From Dehalococcoidia bacterium (GTDB taxonomy: Bacteria > Chloroflexota > Dehalococcoidia > Lucifugimonadales > UBA1127), in contig OZ244559.1 of the NCBI GenBank assembly GCA_965217675.1, positions 962,126-1,026,125 of the forward strand: DNA of 64,000 nucleotides. The letters run 5' to 3'. The position numbers were made by a program, and so were the translations under genes. The notes under the pieces are model-generated. The model made no database searches, was not told the origin of the DNA, and saw only the letters and a list, made by a program, of their open reading frames with translations. The stretch's first letter is position 1. Each line of letters begins with the position of its first letter. Positions 1 through 12,117 of this stretch are shown in pieces.

Positions 1-43
1 GCCCCGCAACTGGTGCGCGGCGCGAAGGCGAGGGGCAACCGAC

Positions 44-940
44 CTATCTGCCCCGGGGATGTGCCTCCTCGAACTGCTCGCGAAGGTGGTCGTCTGTGAG
101 GTGAGTGTAGATCTGCGTGCTCGCAATGCTGGCATGACCGAGGAACTCCTGCACTTGGCGCAGGGAGGCACCGCCGCGCAGCATGTGCGTCGCAAAGCTG
201 TGTCGCAGTGTGTGCGGAGTCACTTGGCTGGTGATGCCCGCCTTGCGCGCGTATTCCTTCAGGATGAGCCAGAAGCCCTGCCGAGTTAGCTGGTCACCGC
301 GGCGGTTCAGGAAGAGGGCCGGCTCCCTGGGATTGCTGTTCAGGAAAGAATCGCGGCCTTCCTCGATGTAGAAGGCCAGGGCGTCCATAGCCTGCTCGTG
401 GAAGGGAATGAGGCGTTCCTTGTTGCCCTTGCCGATGCAGCGCACGAAACCGCCGCTCAGGTTGACGTCGCTGACCTTGAGCGAGACGAGTTCGGTGACG
501 CGCATGCCTGTAGCGTAGAGCAGCTCCAGCATGGCCTTGTCGCGGCGCGATTCGGGTGTGTCGACGGCCATGGGCGCGTCAAGGAGGAGCACGACCTCGT
601 CCTCGGTGAGCGCGGTGGGGAGACTGCGGCCGATCTTGGGGGAACTGAGCTCGGCCGCGGGGCTATTCTCGATCAAGCGGTCGTCGACAAGGAAGGAGAA
701 GAAGGAGCGGACGGCAGCGGTCTTTCGGGCCCGGGTCGTCTCGGAATACCCCTTTTCCTGTAACAGCAGCACAAACGCTGAAAGGTGGTCCGTGGTGACG
801 GACTTCCAGTCTGAATGGCTCTTGGACTCAAGGTCCTTAAGTAAAGAATACAGATCGTTTCGGTACGCCATGATGGTGTTGCCGGAAAACCCGCGTTCCA
901 CTGCAAGGTGATTGAGGTACGCGTCAATCTGCTGCTTCAT
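44..940 (-). CDS. xerD: Site-specific tyrosine recombinase XerD
   Basis: 298 aa; N-terminal SAM-like domain, ELLYATGMRVTEL, HTLRHSFATH and LGHASIASTQIYTH catalytic motifs. Confidence 0.93.
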   Translation of the reverse strand: MKQQIDAYLNHLAVERGFSGNTIMAYRNDLYSLLKDLESKSHSDWKSVTTDHLSAFVLLLQEKGYSETTRARKTAAVRSFFSFLVDDRLIENSPAAELSSPKIGRSLPTALTEDEVVLLLDAPMAVDTPESRRDKAMLELLYATGMRVTELVSLKVSDVNLSGGFVRCIGKGNKERLIPFHEQAMDALAFYIEEGRDSFLNSNPREPALFLNRRGDQLTRQGFWLILKEYARKAGITSQVTPHTLRHSFATHMLRGGASLRQVQEFLGHASIASTQIYTHLTDDHLREQFEEAHPRGR

Positions 941-1304
941 TACGACCCCTTATCGAAAAGTCCGTCTTGGCGACCGACTTTGCAATTCCCCCGGTAAGCC
1001 TGTAGGGAACATAATACAATCGTGCATATTGTACAATAGGGAATCGTAATGTCCACCGCACGCCACAAATCTGGCGGTTTGAAGGCGCATGCTGGCCTAG
1101 GTTTTCCCTTGACCGGCTTTCGCCGCACAGACGTCAGTTTCGGGAGCGGGAGAGACTTGAACGATGCTCTCCGTGCCGTTCAGAAGAGTTTGAATCCCGC
1201 AGCAATGCAAGCCGGGGCGCGTTCTTGCCGGGGCGCGCGGGCGCGTGCTAGGATTATTGCGCTTCTTTCCTTGGGCAAACCCTTAGAATGACGAGCGTAC
1301 GCCT

Positions 1305-2857
<1,553 letters not shown>

Positions 2858-2861
<4 letters not shown>

Positions 2862-3373
2862 TCGCCGAGGAGCAGGGCACGCCCCGCACTTTCGACGTCA
2901 CCGTTGAAGGAACCCCCCTGTCCGTGACGGTAACGCCGGGAGAGTCGACGGAGCCCGGCGTCGTGCAGGTTGCTGTCGACGGGCAGGCGTTCAGCGTGAC
3001 GGTTACGGCCGGGGGCGCTTCGGCGGATGCGGGGCCAGCGGAGGCAGCGGCCGCCGCCGCGCCAAGCCCGGCGCCAACGCGACCTGCACTCCGGCCCCAA
3101 CCGGCACGGAGTCCAGCGCCCCAGCCCGCACCTGCGATACAGGCCGCGCCTGGCGAGCGGCTGCTGACTGCGCCGATGCCCGGTACGGTGGTGCGCTATA
3201 CTGTTGCTGAATCACAGCGCGTGGCCGCGGGCGAGACGGTCGTCGTGCTGGAAGCGATGAAGATGGAGAACACGCTCCCCGCGCCCGTGGCCGGGGTCGT
3301 CATGCGCCTGTCGCAGCAGGCCGGCGCCCGGGTTGCACGGGGGGACGTGCTGGCGGTCATCGCGACGGAGTAA
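2858..3373 (+). CDS. Biotin carboxyl carrier protein
   Basis: Pro/Ala-rich linker then APMPG and EAMKM biotinylation motif; start overlaps upstream stop. Confidence 0.9.
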
Positions 3374-3442
3374 CGTCACGGAGAGCACATAGCAATAGCG
3401 CGCGGGCACCCTTTGAGGGGTTGGCCCGCAAGGAGGAAAGGG

Positions 3443-4648
3443 ATGGTAGACACCAAGGCAATAGAGGCAGCCAAGGAGCACTTTGGCGTGGTGCTCCAGC
3501 AGCAGATGGAGCGCGTTGAGCGGCTGAAGACGGCGGAACCGCCTGTGGACTTCACCTCCGTGTCGCCCATCATCGTGGGCGTACTGGGCGGTGACGGCAT
3601 CGGGCCCTACATCGCGGCGGAAGCCCAACGGGTGCTGGAGTACTTGCTGAGGGACCAGGTGAACTCCGGCAAGGTGGAGTTCCGGGTGCTCGAGGGGCTG
3701 ACCATTGAAAACCGGGCGGCGCAAATGCAGTCGATCCCGGACGACGTGCTGGCCGAGATTAAGAAATGCCACGTCACGTTGAAGGGCCCCACCCACACGC
3801 CTGAGCAGGGCGACGGCTGGCCCAACCTGGAGAGCGCCAACGTGGCCATGCGCAAGGAGCTGGACCTCTTTGCCAACGTGCGACCCGTGCGCATTCCGGC
3901 GGATGGCATCGACTGGACGTTCTTCCGGGAGAACACGGAGGACTTGTACGCCGTGGGCAGCCAGGGCATAAACGTGGACTCTGACCTGGCGATCGACTTC
4001 CGCGTCATCACACGACCCGGCTCTCAGCGCATCATCGATGCAGCGTTTGAGTACGCCAAGCGCACGGGCAAGACCAAGGTCACCGCCGTCACCAAGGCGA
4101 ATGTCGTCAAGACGACGGACGGCAACTTCCTTAACCAGGCGCAGGAGACCGCCAAGAATTACCCGGGCATCGAGTTGGACGCGTGGTACATCGACATCAT
4201 GACCGCCAAGCTGCTTGACCCGGCGCGCCGGGCCGAGTTCCAGGTGCTGGTGATGCCCAACCTGTACGGCGACATCCTGACGGACGAGGCCGGTCAGATC
4301 CAGGGCGGCGTGGGCACGGCGGGCAGCGCAAACCTCGGCAACCAGTCTTCCATGTTCGAGGCGATTCATGGCAGCGCGCCGCGCATGGTGCAGGAAGGCC
4401 GCGCGCAGTTCGCCGACCCCAGCTCGATGCTCCGTGCCGGAGCGATGCTCATGGAGCACATCGGCTTCCCGGAGCAGGGTCAGAAGTTGCACATGGCGCT
4501 GGACATCTGTGGTCAGTACGAGCGCGAGATGGTCATGACGGGCCGCAGCACCGGTGCCACCGGCGCGGAGTTTGGCGACTACCTGATGGCCACGGTGGAG
4601 GACCCCAAGGTGGGCGAGCGCTGGCAGGCGTACGTCGACGCGGTGTAG
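3443..4648 (+). CDS. Isocitrate/isopropylmalate family dehydrogenase (probable IDH)
   Basis: GGDGIGP, TLKGP, RKELDLFANVRP, FRENTEDLY, MPNLYGDILTD, FEAIHGSAP; ATG 3443 follows AGGAGG; adjacent to mdh. Confidence 0.85.
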   Translation: MVDTKAIEAAKEHFGVVLQQQMERVERLKTAEPPVDFTSVSPIIVGVLGGDGIGPYIAAEAQRVLEYLLRDQVNSGKVEFRVLEGLTIENRAAQMQSIPDDVLAEIKKCHVTLKGPTHTPEQGDGWPNLESANVAMRKELDLFANVRPVRIPADGIDWTFFRENTEDLYAVGSQGINVDSDLAIDFRVITRPGSQRIIDAAFEYAKRTGKTKVTAVTKANVVKTTDGNFLNQAQETAKNYPGIELDAWYIDIMTAKLLDPARRAEFQVLVMPNLYGDILTDEAGQIQGGVGTAGSANLGNQSSMFEAIHGSAPRMVQEGRAQFADPSSMLRAGAMLMEHIGFPEQGQKLHMALDICGQYEREMVMTGRSTGATGAEFGDYLMATVEDPKVGERWQAYVDAV

Positions 4649-4703
4649 GAGGCCCATGCCACCACCCCCGTCCTTTTCTTGAGGACGAGGCATATCAGCA
4701 ATA

Positions 4704-4737
4704 CCGTTCGTCCTGAGAGAATTCGACGGCCGAACGG
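4704..4737 (+). repeat. Degenerate copy of CGTTCGCCCTGAG-type palindromic dispersed repeat
   Basis: ccgttcgtcctgagagaattcgacggccgaacgg resembles the reverse complement of the copies at 45831 and 51231. Confidence 0.6.
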
Positions 4738-4781
4738 CGAGTGAATCACGAGCATAGCAATATGCAAGCAGAGGTAGGACT

Positions 4782-5720
4782 ATGGCACGTAAGAAGGTAA
4801 CGGTCGTCGGCGCTGGCAACGTAGGAGCGACGACGGCGCAACGGATTTTCGACCGCGGGTACGCGGACGTCGTGATGGTGGACATCGTTGAGGGGCTGCC
4901 GCAGGGCAAGGCGCTGGACATGCTGGAGTCCGGCCCCGTCGTCGGCTCCGACGCGTCCGTCATCGGCACGAACGACTACGCGGAGACCGCAGGCTCGGAC
5001 GTGACTGTGGTCACGTCGGGCATCGCCCGGAAACCGGGCATGAGCCGCGACGACCTGCTGTTCACCAACATGGACATCGTGGGCAGTGTCATCAAGCAGG
5101 TGGTGGACAACTCGCCGGACGGCATCGTCGTCACGGTGACGAACCCGCTGGACGCCATGACGCAGCACGCGCTGGAAGTTTCGGGCAAGCCGCGGGAGCA
5201 GGTCTTCGGGATGGCTGGTATCTTGGACACGGCGCGCTTCCGTACCTTCCTGGCGGCGGAGCTCGGCGTCTCCGTGCAGGACGTACACGCCTACGTGCTG
5301 GGCGGCCACGGCGACACGATGGTGCCGCTGGTCGGCGCGACCAACGTCGGCGGAATCCCGGTGGGAGACCTCATCCCCAAGGAGCGGTTGGACGCGATAG
5401 TGAAGCGTACCCAGGACGGCGGCGGCGAGATCGTCTCGTTGCTCAAGACGGGTAGCGCCTTCTACGCCCCCGCCGCCGCGGTGGCGCAGATGGTCGAGGC
5501 CATCCTGTTCGACCGCAAGCAGATCGTCCCGTGCTGCGTGAAGCTGCAGGGCGAGTACGGCATCGAGGGTCTGTGCGTGGGCGTGCCCGTGAAGCTGGGC
5601 GCTGCCGGCGTGGAGGAGGTCATAACGCTAAAGCTTACCGACGACGAGCAGACGGCGCTGGGTCGGTCAGCGGATGCGGTCCGGGAGCTTATCGACGTCA
5701 TGCGGAACCGGCAAAACTAA
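4782..5720 (+). CDS. mdh: Malate dehydrogenase (LDH-like MDH)
   Basis: GAGNVG Rossmann motif, [46 protein letters not shown]. Confidence 0.95.
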   Translation: MARKKVTVVGAGNVGATTAQRIFDRGYADVVMVDIVEGLPQGKALDMLESGPVVGSDASVIGTNDYAETAGSDVTVVTSGIARKPGMSRDDLLFTNMDIVGSVIKQVVDNSPDGIVVTVTNPLDAMTQHALEVSGKPREQVFGMAGILDTARFRTFLAAELGVSVQDVHAYVLGGHGDTMVPLVGATNVGGIPVGDLIPKERLDAIVKRTQDGGGEIVSLLKTGSAFYAPAAAVAQMVEAILFDRKQIVPCCVKLQGEYGIEGLCVGVPVKLGAAGVEEVITLKLTDDEQTALGRSADAVRELIDVMRNRQN

Positions 5721-5752
5721 GCCAACAAAAGGACATTCGGGGGGATGAATCA

Positions 5753-5959
5753 ATGACGACAAGGAACGTAGAGGAGCTGGAGACTAAGATCCAGGTCGCG
5801 GCGGACGAGTTGCAGGAGCTGGAGACCGCAAACGACGTGCGGCGGTGGTGGAACACGCACTACTACGCGCTGGGGCACAAGCGTTTGGGCAGGCTGCTGC
5901 TGGGGCAGTCCGTGGAGCGGCTGCTGGAGCGGGCGTCGGCCAGCAGGGGCGACGACTAG
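5753..5959 (+). CDS. Small hypothetical protein (68 aa)
   Basis: ATG 5753 after GGGG; GC3-rich codons; MTTRNVEELETKIQ...WWNTHYYALGHKRLGRLLLG; followed by a terminator. Confidence 0.7.
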   Translation: MTTRNVEELETKIQVAADELQELETANDVRRWWNTHYYALGHKRLGRLLLGQSVERLLERASASRGDD

Positions 5960-5985
5960 CGCAAGGCCATTCACAAAGAGTAGCG

Positions 5986-6039
5986 CAAACGCCGCCCGTT
6001 CTGACGGCCAAGGGGCCGGTCAGGGCGGGCGGCGTTTTG
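5986..6039 (+). terminator. Long hairpin, probable intrinsic terminator
   Basis: caaacgccgcccg...cgggcggcgttttg inverted repeat ending in a T run. Confidence 0.7.
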
Positions 6040-6094
6040 TTGCTCAGTAGCAACGGTGGTACGATGGCGTGACTCATTCCGAGGAGGGTGCACA

Positions 6095-6973
6095 GTGACC
6101 GGCGGGCGTGCCTTTGAGTGGACGGTGGACATCGGCGGGCGGCGCTTCGAGTGGGGCAGCCGTACGTACATCATGGGCATTGTGAACGTGACTCCGGACT
6201 CCTTCTCCGGCGACGGCCTAGCCGGCGACATGGACGCCGCGGTCCTGCAGGCTCTGGCCTTCGAGGCGCAGGGCGCGGACATCGTCGACGTCGGCGGAGA
6301 GTCGACCCGCCCGCCTGGCTCCGTCTATCGCGAGGGCGCGGCGCCGGTGTCGGTGGACGAGGAGCTAGCTCGCGTCATGCCCGTACTCGAGCGGCTGCGC
6401 GGTTCGCTGGGCATTCCCGCCAGCGTCGACACGACGAAGGCAGAGGTGGCACGCCGAGCGGTTGCCGCAGGGGCGTCGCTCATCAACGACGTCTGGGGCC
6501 TGCAACACGACGCCGAGTTGGCGGATGTCGCCGCCGAGACCGGGACGCCCATCGTTCTCATGCACAACCAACTGGGCACAACGTACCAGGACCTCATCCC
6601 CGACGTGATCGAGAGCCTGCATGCCAGCGTGGACGTAGCGGTGGCCCGGGGTGTGCCGAGAGAGCGGGTGATCGTCGACCCGGGTTTTGGGTTTGGTAAG
6701 ACGCCCGCGCAGAACCTGGAGCTTATCCGACGGCTGGGGGACATCAAGACTGCGCTAGCCCTGCCCGTCCTCGTTGGCGCGTCCCGCAAGTCAACCATCG
6801 GCACAGTGCTGGGTGGGCTGCCGCCCGAGGAACGGCTGGAAGGGACGGCCGCAGCTGTGGCCCTCGCCATTGCGAATGGCGCAGACATCGTGCGCGTCCA
6901 TGACGTGCAGGCAATGGCCCGTGTTGCCCGTATGAGCGACGCCATCGTGCGTGGCTGGCGCCCGTCGCCATGA
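6095..6973 (+). CDS. folP: Dihydropteroate synthase
   Basis: MGIVNVTPDSFSGDG, DVGGESTRP, LINDVWG, DPGFGFGK, GASRKS, IVRVHDV; GTG after GAGGAGG. Confidence 0.95.
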   Translation: MTGGRAFEWTVDIGGRRFEWGSRTYIMGIVNVTPDSFSGDGLAGDMDAAVLQALAFEAQGADIVDVGGESTRPPGSVYREGAAPVSVDEELARVMPVLERLRGSLGIPASVDTTKAEVARRAVAAGASLINDVWGLQHDAELADVAAETGTPIVLMHNQLGTTYQDLIPDVIESLHASVDVAVARGVPRERVIVDPGFGFGKTPAQNLELIRRLGDIKTALALPVLVGASRKSTIGTVLGGLPPEERLEGTAAAVALAIANGADIVRVHDVQAMARVARMSDAIVRGWRPSP

Positions 6974-7470
6974 CCGTCGCGTACCTGGCTCTCGGCGGCA
7001 ACGTAGGTGACCGCTCCACCAACCTAACGCGTGCCCTCGCGCTGCTGCCCTGGCACGGCGTTCGCGTCCTGGAAGTCTCGCCCGTCTACGAGACCGACCC
7101 CGTCGGCTACGAGGACCAACCCCCGTTCCTGAACGCGGCTTGCCGGGTGGAAACGGCCCTCTCCCCGCGAGAGCTGCTTGCGGCGGTCAAGGCTGTCGAG
7201 GCCGCAGTCGGTCGCACACCGACGTTCCCCAACGGCCCCCGTGAGATCGACGTGGACATAATCCTCTACGGTGATGCAGTCGTGGAGGAAGAGGACCTGG
7301 TCATCCCCCACCCGCGAATGGCGGAGCGGGCCTTCGTGCTTGTGCCGCTGGCGGACGTCGCCGCGGACGCCGTTCACCCGGCCCTCGGATTGACGGTGAC
7401 AAGGCTGCTCACCGAGGTGGACGGCCGCGACGGTGTCCGTCGGTGGAGGACGTTGCCGGAGGCGCGATGA
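6970..7470 (+). CDS. folK: 2-amino-4-hydroxy-6-hydroxymethyldihydropteridine diphosphokinase
   Basis: YLALGGNVGDR, SPVYETDP, FLNA, GPREIDVDI, IPHPRMAERAFVLVPL. Confidence 0.95.
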   Translation: MTVAYLALGGNVGDRSTNLTRALALLPWHGVRVLEVSPVYETDPVGYEDQPPFLNAACRVETALSPRELLAAVKAVEAAVGRTPTFPNGPREIDVDIILYGDAVVEEEDLVIPHPRMAERAFVLVPLADVAADAVHPALGLTVTRLLTEVDGRDGVRRWRTLPEAR

Positions 7471-7485
7471 TCCTTGGCCGGGACC

Positions 7486-7703
7486 CTGACACGGCGCCCT
7501 TGCCCCAGCCACTCGCCCCACGATACTGTCCTCGCATGGACAACACTGCCGCCCAGCGCAAGTGGGTCGCCAAAGGCATCCGGACGCCCGCCGGAGAGCA
7601 GACCCGGTTTTGCCCCAAAAGAGCTCGTGTCAGCAGGAACGAGTCGTATCTGGAACGGGGTTTTTGGATAGGACTCGTTTCCCAGACTTCAGAAAAAGAT
7701 TGA
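7486..7703 (+). repeat. Dispersed intergenic element, copy A (head plus 55-codon ORF)
   Basis: CTGACA 7486 - 32 nt - TACTGT - 6 nt - ATG 7536; same geometry as at 19491, 29504 and 29851 (minus strand). Confidence 0.5.
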
Positions 7704-7849
7704 TCTGCGCGTATCTGCCCGAATACGCTTTGGTTACCCCATTCAATTAGACTCGTCTATAAACGCTTCGGCGCAACACTGATTCCGGGCCCGCCGCCGT
7801 CTTGGGGAGGGGCAGCGGCCGCCGACTCTGGACTCCCGAACGACTGCCC

Positions 7850-9271
7850 CTAGCTCACCGGCGGGCGGCGCTGCGCCCACGGGTGCGCGGCCTCCAGCGC
7901 GGCAGAGGCGCGGAGGACCGTCGCTTCTTCCGCGTAGCGCCCGATAAGCTGCACGCCGATGGGGAGACCGCCGCTGGAAAACCCGTAGGGCACGCTCGCC
8001 GCCGGTTGACCGGTCATGTTGGCAAGGTAACAGAAGGGCGTGAAGGCCCAACGTGGCTCCACCGAGACGCCGTCTATGGTGTCCGGCCAGCCCTCAATTG
8101 GGAAGGCGGGCACGGCGTTGACGGGACTGAGCACAAGGTCGTGGGTGAGGAAGACGCTGCGCATGACCCCGTTGAAACGCTCCATCTCCCGAAGGGCGCG
8201 GGCAAGGTCCGCAACTGTCCACCGCAGGGCATCCTCCAGGTAAGTCCGCATAGTGTCCATCAGCAGGTCTGCGTGGGTATCTAGCAGGTGGCCCGTGCCT
8301 GCCGACATGTCGCTGACGAAGATGGTGCGAAAGGACTCCCGTAGCGTCCTGCCATCTACTTCCGGGTCGATCTCATCGACCTCCGCGCCGAGGTCCGCGA
8401 GCAGCCCCGCGGCGTCGCGGACGACGGCGCGCACCTCGGGGTCGACGGGCATGCGGCCGATGCTGGGAGCGTAGGCGATACGCAGACCCTTGACGCTGCC
8501 GTCCAGCCCCTCCGTGAAATCGGGCGGATCCTCCAGGATGGACATGGGGTTCTCCGGGAAAGGGCCCGCTATGACGTTTAGGAGCATGGCTGCGTCACGG
8601 ACGTCGCGCGAAAGCGGACCAGCCACGCCAAAGATGTTCCAGCCGCCCGGACCGCTGTAGCTGCTCGGCACGCGGCCCCGCGACGGCTTGAAGCCGTAGA
8701 CCCCGCAGAAATTGGCGGGCACGCGGATTGAGCCCCCGCCGTCGCTGCCCTGGGCAATGGGCGACAGCCCCGACGCCACCGCTGCCGCCGAGCCGCCACT
8801 GGAGCCGCCCGGTGTCATTGTTGGGTCCCACGGATTGCGGCACGGGTCGCCGAGGAGATTCTCGGTCGTGCCCCGGTGACCGAACTCAGGGGTGTTGGTC
8901 TTGCCGACAACGATGCCGCCCCCAGCCTTGATACGGGCCACAACCATGTCGTCGACGGTGGGAACGTCGTCTTTGTAAATGAGAGAACCACGGGTGGTTC
9001 GGATTCCCGCAGTGCGGCTGAGGTCCTTGATGGGAACAGGGATGCCGTGAAGCGGGCCCATGGCCTCGCCGCGAAGTGCGTGCTCCTCGGCCTGCTTGGC
9101 TGCCGCGATCGCCTCGTCGCCGCACACGGTAAGGAAGGCGTTGAGCTTTGGGTTGAGTTCCTCGATGCGCCGGAGCATGTGGGTGGTCAGATCCACTGGC
9201 GAAAGCTGTCCCGCCGCAATCCACTCTCGAAGCTGCCAGGCAGGGGTGAACGACAGATCGACGTTGGTCAC
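7850..9271 (-). CDS. Amidase signature family protein
   Basis: GPLHGIPVPIKDL, GKTNTPEFG, GGSSGGSAAAVA, GSDGGGSIRVPA. Confidence 0.92.
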   Translation of the reverse strand: MTNVDLSFTPAWQLREWIAAGQLSPVDLTTHMLRRIEELNPKLNAFLTVCGDEAIAAAKQAEEHALRGEAMGPLHGIPVPIKDLSRTAGIRTTRGSLIYKDDVPTVDDMVVARIKAGGGIVVGKTNTPEFGHRGTTENLLGDPCRNPWDPTMTPGGSSGGSAAAVASGLSPIAQGSDGGGSIRVPANFCGVYGFKPSRGRVPSSYSGPGGWNIFGVAGPLSRDVRDAAMLLNVIAGPFPENPMSILEDPPDFTEGLDGSVKGLRIAYAPSIGRMPVDPEVRAVVRDAAGLLADLGAEVDEIDPEVDGRTLRESFRTIFVSDMSAGTGHLLDTHADLLMDTMRTYLEDALRWTVADLARALREMERFNGVMRSVFLTHDLVLSPVNAVPAFPIEGWPDTIDGVSVEPRWAFTPFCYLANMTGQPAASVPYGFSSGGLPIGVQLIGRYAEEATVLRASAALEAAHPWAQRRPPVS

Positions 9272-9485
9272 AATGGGGCCTCCTCCGGAGGCCTAGGCTA
9301 GGCCAAAAGGGTGAGGGGCGCAACTGTATTTGCGTTGACTACGATGTGGCGCTCTGGTACCTTGAAATTGCCACAGATCGACGCGATGTAGGGCGCAAGG
9401 CCCCGCGTCTTCCATGCCACCAACGACCACGGTGTACGCTTCTGGCCCCGAGCCGCAGCAACCATGGCGTCCGTGAGGAGTAGCG

Positions 9486-10853
9486 TTGAACTACACAAGT
9501 GCGTTGCGTCACGTATTGGGCCTGGCGGACCTGGAACGTATGGTGGAGCCGCCCGGCGCCCGCCCCCGTTACGACCTCGGCCGCATGCACGCGTTGCTCG
9601 ACGCGCTGGGCCGACCCCACCTGTCGACGCCCACGGTGCATGTAACAGGCACCAAGGGAAAGGGCAGCACCTCGGCCATGGTGGCGTCCATTCTCCGGTC
9701 GAGCGGGTTCACCGTCGGACTGTACACGTCGCCACATCTGCACACCATGCGCGAGCGCGTGAAGGTAAACGGTGAACCGCTGTCGGAGGAGGACTTCGCC
9801 GCGACTGTTGAGGCGGTGTGGCCGTCTGTGGAGGCACTGATCAGTGAAGGCGTCACCACCTTTGAGACGCTGACGGCCATGGCCTTCTACGCCTTCGCTA
9901 AGCGGCGGCTTGACTGGCAGGTGCTTGAGGTGGGAATGGGCGGCACACTGGACGCCACCAACACGGTGGAGTCGCCGCAAGTGTGCGTCATCACATCCAT
10001 CAGCCTGGACCACATGAAGATTCTCGGCGACACGGTGGAGGCCATCGCGCGGGACAAGGCCGGCATCATCAAGCCGGGAGCGACGGTGGTGACGGCGCCG
10101 CAGCCGCCGGGGGTCATCGCAGTGCTGCAGGAGGCGTGTGACGTGGCCGGCGCCGAGCTGGTGCAGACCGCTGAGCGCTACGCCTGGCGCGTTACCGGTT
10201 TCGACTTGCGCGGCCAGTCCTTCCACGTAGAGTGTCAGGAGGTCTCGTGGGAGTGCTGGCTTCCCCTTCTGGGCGAGCACCAAGTTGAGAACGCCATGTG
10301 CGCCATTGCGGCAGCGGAGGCGCTGGCAGCGCGAGTCGCAGCTGTGTCGAACGACGCCGTGTTGCAAGGACTCGCCGAGGTGTCATGGCCGGCTCGTCTA
10401 GAGATCCTGGCAGAGCGGCCCCTGGTGATAGTTGACGGGGCGCACAACCCATACTCGGCGGAAAGGCTTGTGGAAGCCGTCGAACACTATTTTGGCGCAC
10501 GGCGGCGGGTGCTGTTGTTCGGGGCGTCGCTGGGGCATGACCTGCGGGGCATCGTTCAGGCGCTGGCCGCGTTGGAGCCGGAGGCCGTCGTCGTGACGGC
10601 GTCGAGGCACCCTCGGGCAGTGGCCATGGATGTGCTTATGGAGGAGTTTCGCCTTGCGGGTATGTCGGTGCAGTGGGGCGGCAGCGTGGCAGAGGGATTC
10701 GCGAAGGCAAGAAACCTCGCTGGGCCGGATGACCTGGTGATGGCAACCGGGTCGTTGTTCACTGCCGTGGAAGTGCGGGAGTGCCTGTTTGGCATCCCGC
10801 CAGAGGAGTACCCTGAGTTTCAGGACATTCGATTTTCTTCACGGGTGAGGTAA
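9486..10853 (+). CDS. folC: Bifunctional folylpolyglutamate synthase/dihydrofolate synthase
   Basis: HVTGTKGKGST, YTSPHL, TTFE, EVGMGGTLDATN, IAxDKAGIIK, WPARLE, DGAHNP; TTG start. Confidence 0.93.
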   Translation: MNYTSALRHVLGLADLERMVEPPGARPRYDLGRMHALLDALGRPHLSTPTVHVTGTKGKGSTSAMVASILRSSGFTVGLYTSPHLHTMRERVKVNGEPLSEEDFAATVEAVWPSVEALISEGVTTFETLTAMAFYAFAKRRLDWQVLEVGMGGTLDATNTVESPQVCVITSISLDHMKILGDTVEAIARDKAGIIKPGATVVTAPQPPGVIAVLQEACDVAGAELVQTAERYAWRVTGFDLRGQSFHVECQEVSWECWLPLLGEHQVENAMCAIAAAEALAARVAAVSNDAVLQGLAEVSWPARLEILAERPLVIVDGAHNPYSAERLVEAVEHYFGARRRVLLFGASLGHDLRGIVQALAALEPEAVVVTASRHPRAVAMDVLMEEFRLAGMSVQWGGSVAEGFAKARNLAGPDDLVMATGSLFTAVEVRECLFGIPPEEYPEFQDIRFSSRVR

Positions 10854-10856
10854 ACG

Positions 10857-12104
10857 GTGGCAGAGCGAAAAAGAGTTGTCATAACGGGAATGGGCGTCTT
10901 AAGCCCACTGGGCGAGTCCTTGGAACAGTATTGGGACGCGCTGGTGCAGGGGCGCTCCGGCATTGGGCCAATGACGTTGTGCGACCCAACGGGGTTTCCG
11001 TGCCGCATTGCCGGTGAGGTCACAGGCTTTGACCCCGCAAGCTACATGGACGGCAAAGAGGCGCGACGGATGGCACGGTTCTCGCAGTTGGCCGTAGCCT
11101 CGGCCGTGCGGGCCATGGAGCATGCCGGTTTGAACGGTTCCAACATGGACCCGGAGGAAGCTGGAGTGCTGATGGGCAACGGCAACGGCGGCATGCCAGT
11201 CACGGAAGAGAACGCACGGGTGCTCTTTGAACGCGGCGGCATGAAGGAATCGCCGTTCTTCATCCCAATGGTGCTGCCCAACATGGCGGCGGCGCACGTA
11301 AGCCGGCTGCTGGGGCTGAAGGGGTATACCAACACCGTAATCACAGCGTGCGCCGCTGGGACGCAGGCCATCGGCGAGGGGGCAGAGGTGATCCGGCGCG
11401 GCGCCGCCAAGGTCATTGTCAGCGGCGGTACAGAGGCGGGAATCTGCCAGCTGTCCCTGGGCGGGTTCAGCGTCATCAAGGCGCTCTCTTCCAACAACGA
11501 GGATCCGGCGAAGGCCAGCAGGCCCTTTGAGGCGCGCCGAGACGGATTCGTGCCCGGCGAAGGCGCGGGGGCCTTCGTCTTGGAGGAGATGGAGTTCGCC
11601 CTGAGCCGCGGCGCCAACATTCTTGCGGAGGTTGTCGGATACGGCGTTTCTTCCGATGCCTTCCACCCGGTGCATCCTGACGATAACGGCGACGGCGCGG
11701 CGCGGGCGATGCGCTGGGCGCTGGCCGATGCGGGAGTGCGTCCGTATGAGGTCGACTACATCAACGCGCACGGGACGTCGACGCCGATAAACGACGCAGT
11801 GGAGACCCTGGCCATCAAGCAGGTGTTCGGTGACGGAGCGTACAACGTGCCCATCAGCTCCACCAAATCGATGATTGGGCACGCGATGGGCGCGGCGGGA
11901 GCTGTCGAGGCCGTGGTGGCGGTGAAGACCATCGAGACGGGCATCATTCACCCGACCATCAACTACGAGGACCCGGACCCGGCTTGCGACCTGGACTACG
12001 TGCCCAACGTCGCAAGGCGGGCGGACGTGCGCACAGTGCTGTCAAACAGCTTCGGATTCGGCGGTCAAAACGCCTGCCTGGTCATTCGCCGGTTCGAGGA
12101 GTAG
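10857..12104 (+). CDS. fabF: 3-oxoacyl-ACP synthase II
   Basis: VVITGMG, TACAAG, DGFVPGEGAG, DYINAHGTST, STKSMIGH, SNSFGFGGQNA. Confidence 0.95.
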   Translation: MAERKRVVITGMGVLSPLGESLEQYWDALVQGRSGIGPMTLCDPTGFPCRIAGEVTGFDPASYMDGKEARRMARFSQLAVASAVRAMEHAGLNGSNMDPEEAGVLMGNGNGGMPVTEENARVLFERGGMKESPFFIPMVLPNMAAAHVSRLLGLKGYTNTVITACAAGTQAIGEGAEVIRRGAAKVIVSGGTEAGICQLSLGGFSVIKALSSNNEDPAKASRPFEARRDGFVPGEGAGAFVLEEMEFALSRGANILAEVVGYGVSSDAFHPVHPDDNGDGAARAMRWALADAGVRPYEVDYINAHGTSTPINDAVETLAIKQVFGDGAYNVPISSTKSMIGHAMGAAGAVEAVVAVKTIETGIIHPTINYEDPDPACDLDYVPNVARRADVRTVLSNSFGFGGQNACLVIRRFEE

Positions 12105-12117
12105 CGGCGCGGCCGAG

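Noticed and set aside
3212-4969. Long antisense or alternative-frame ORFs (e.g. 3212-4969, 21836-23251, 36805-38067, 61181-62428)
   Set aside because: Shadow ORFs of real GC-rich genes; no motifs or RBS.
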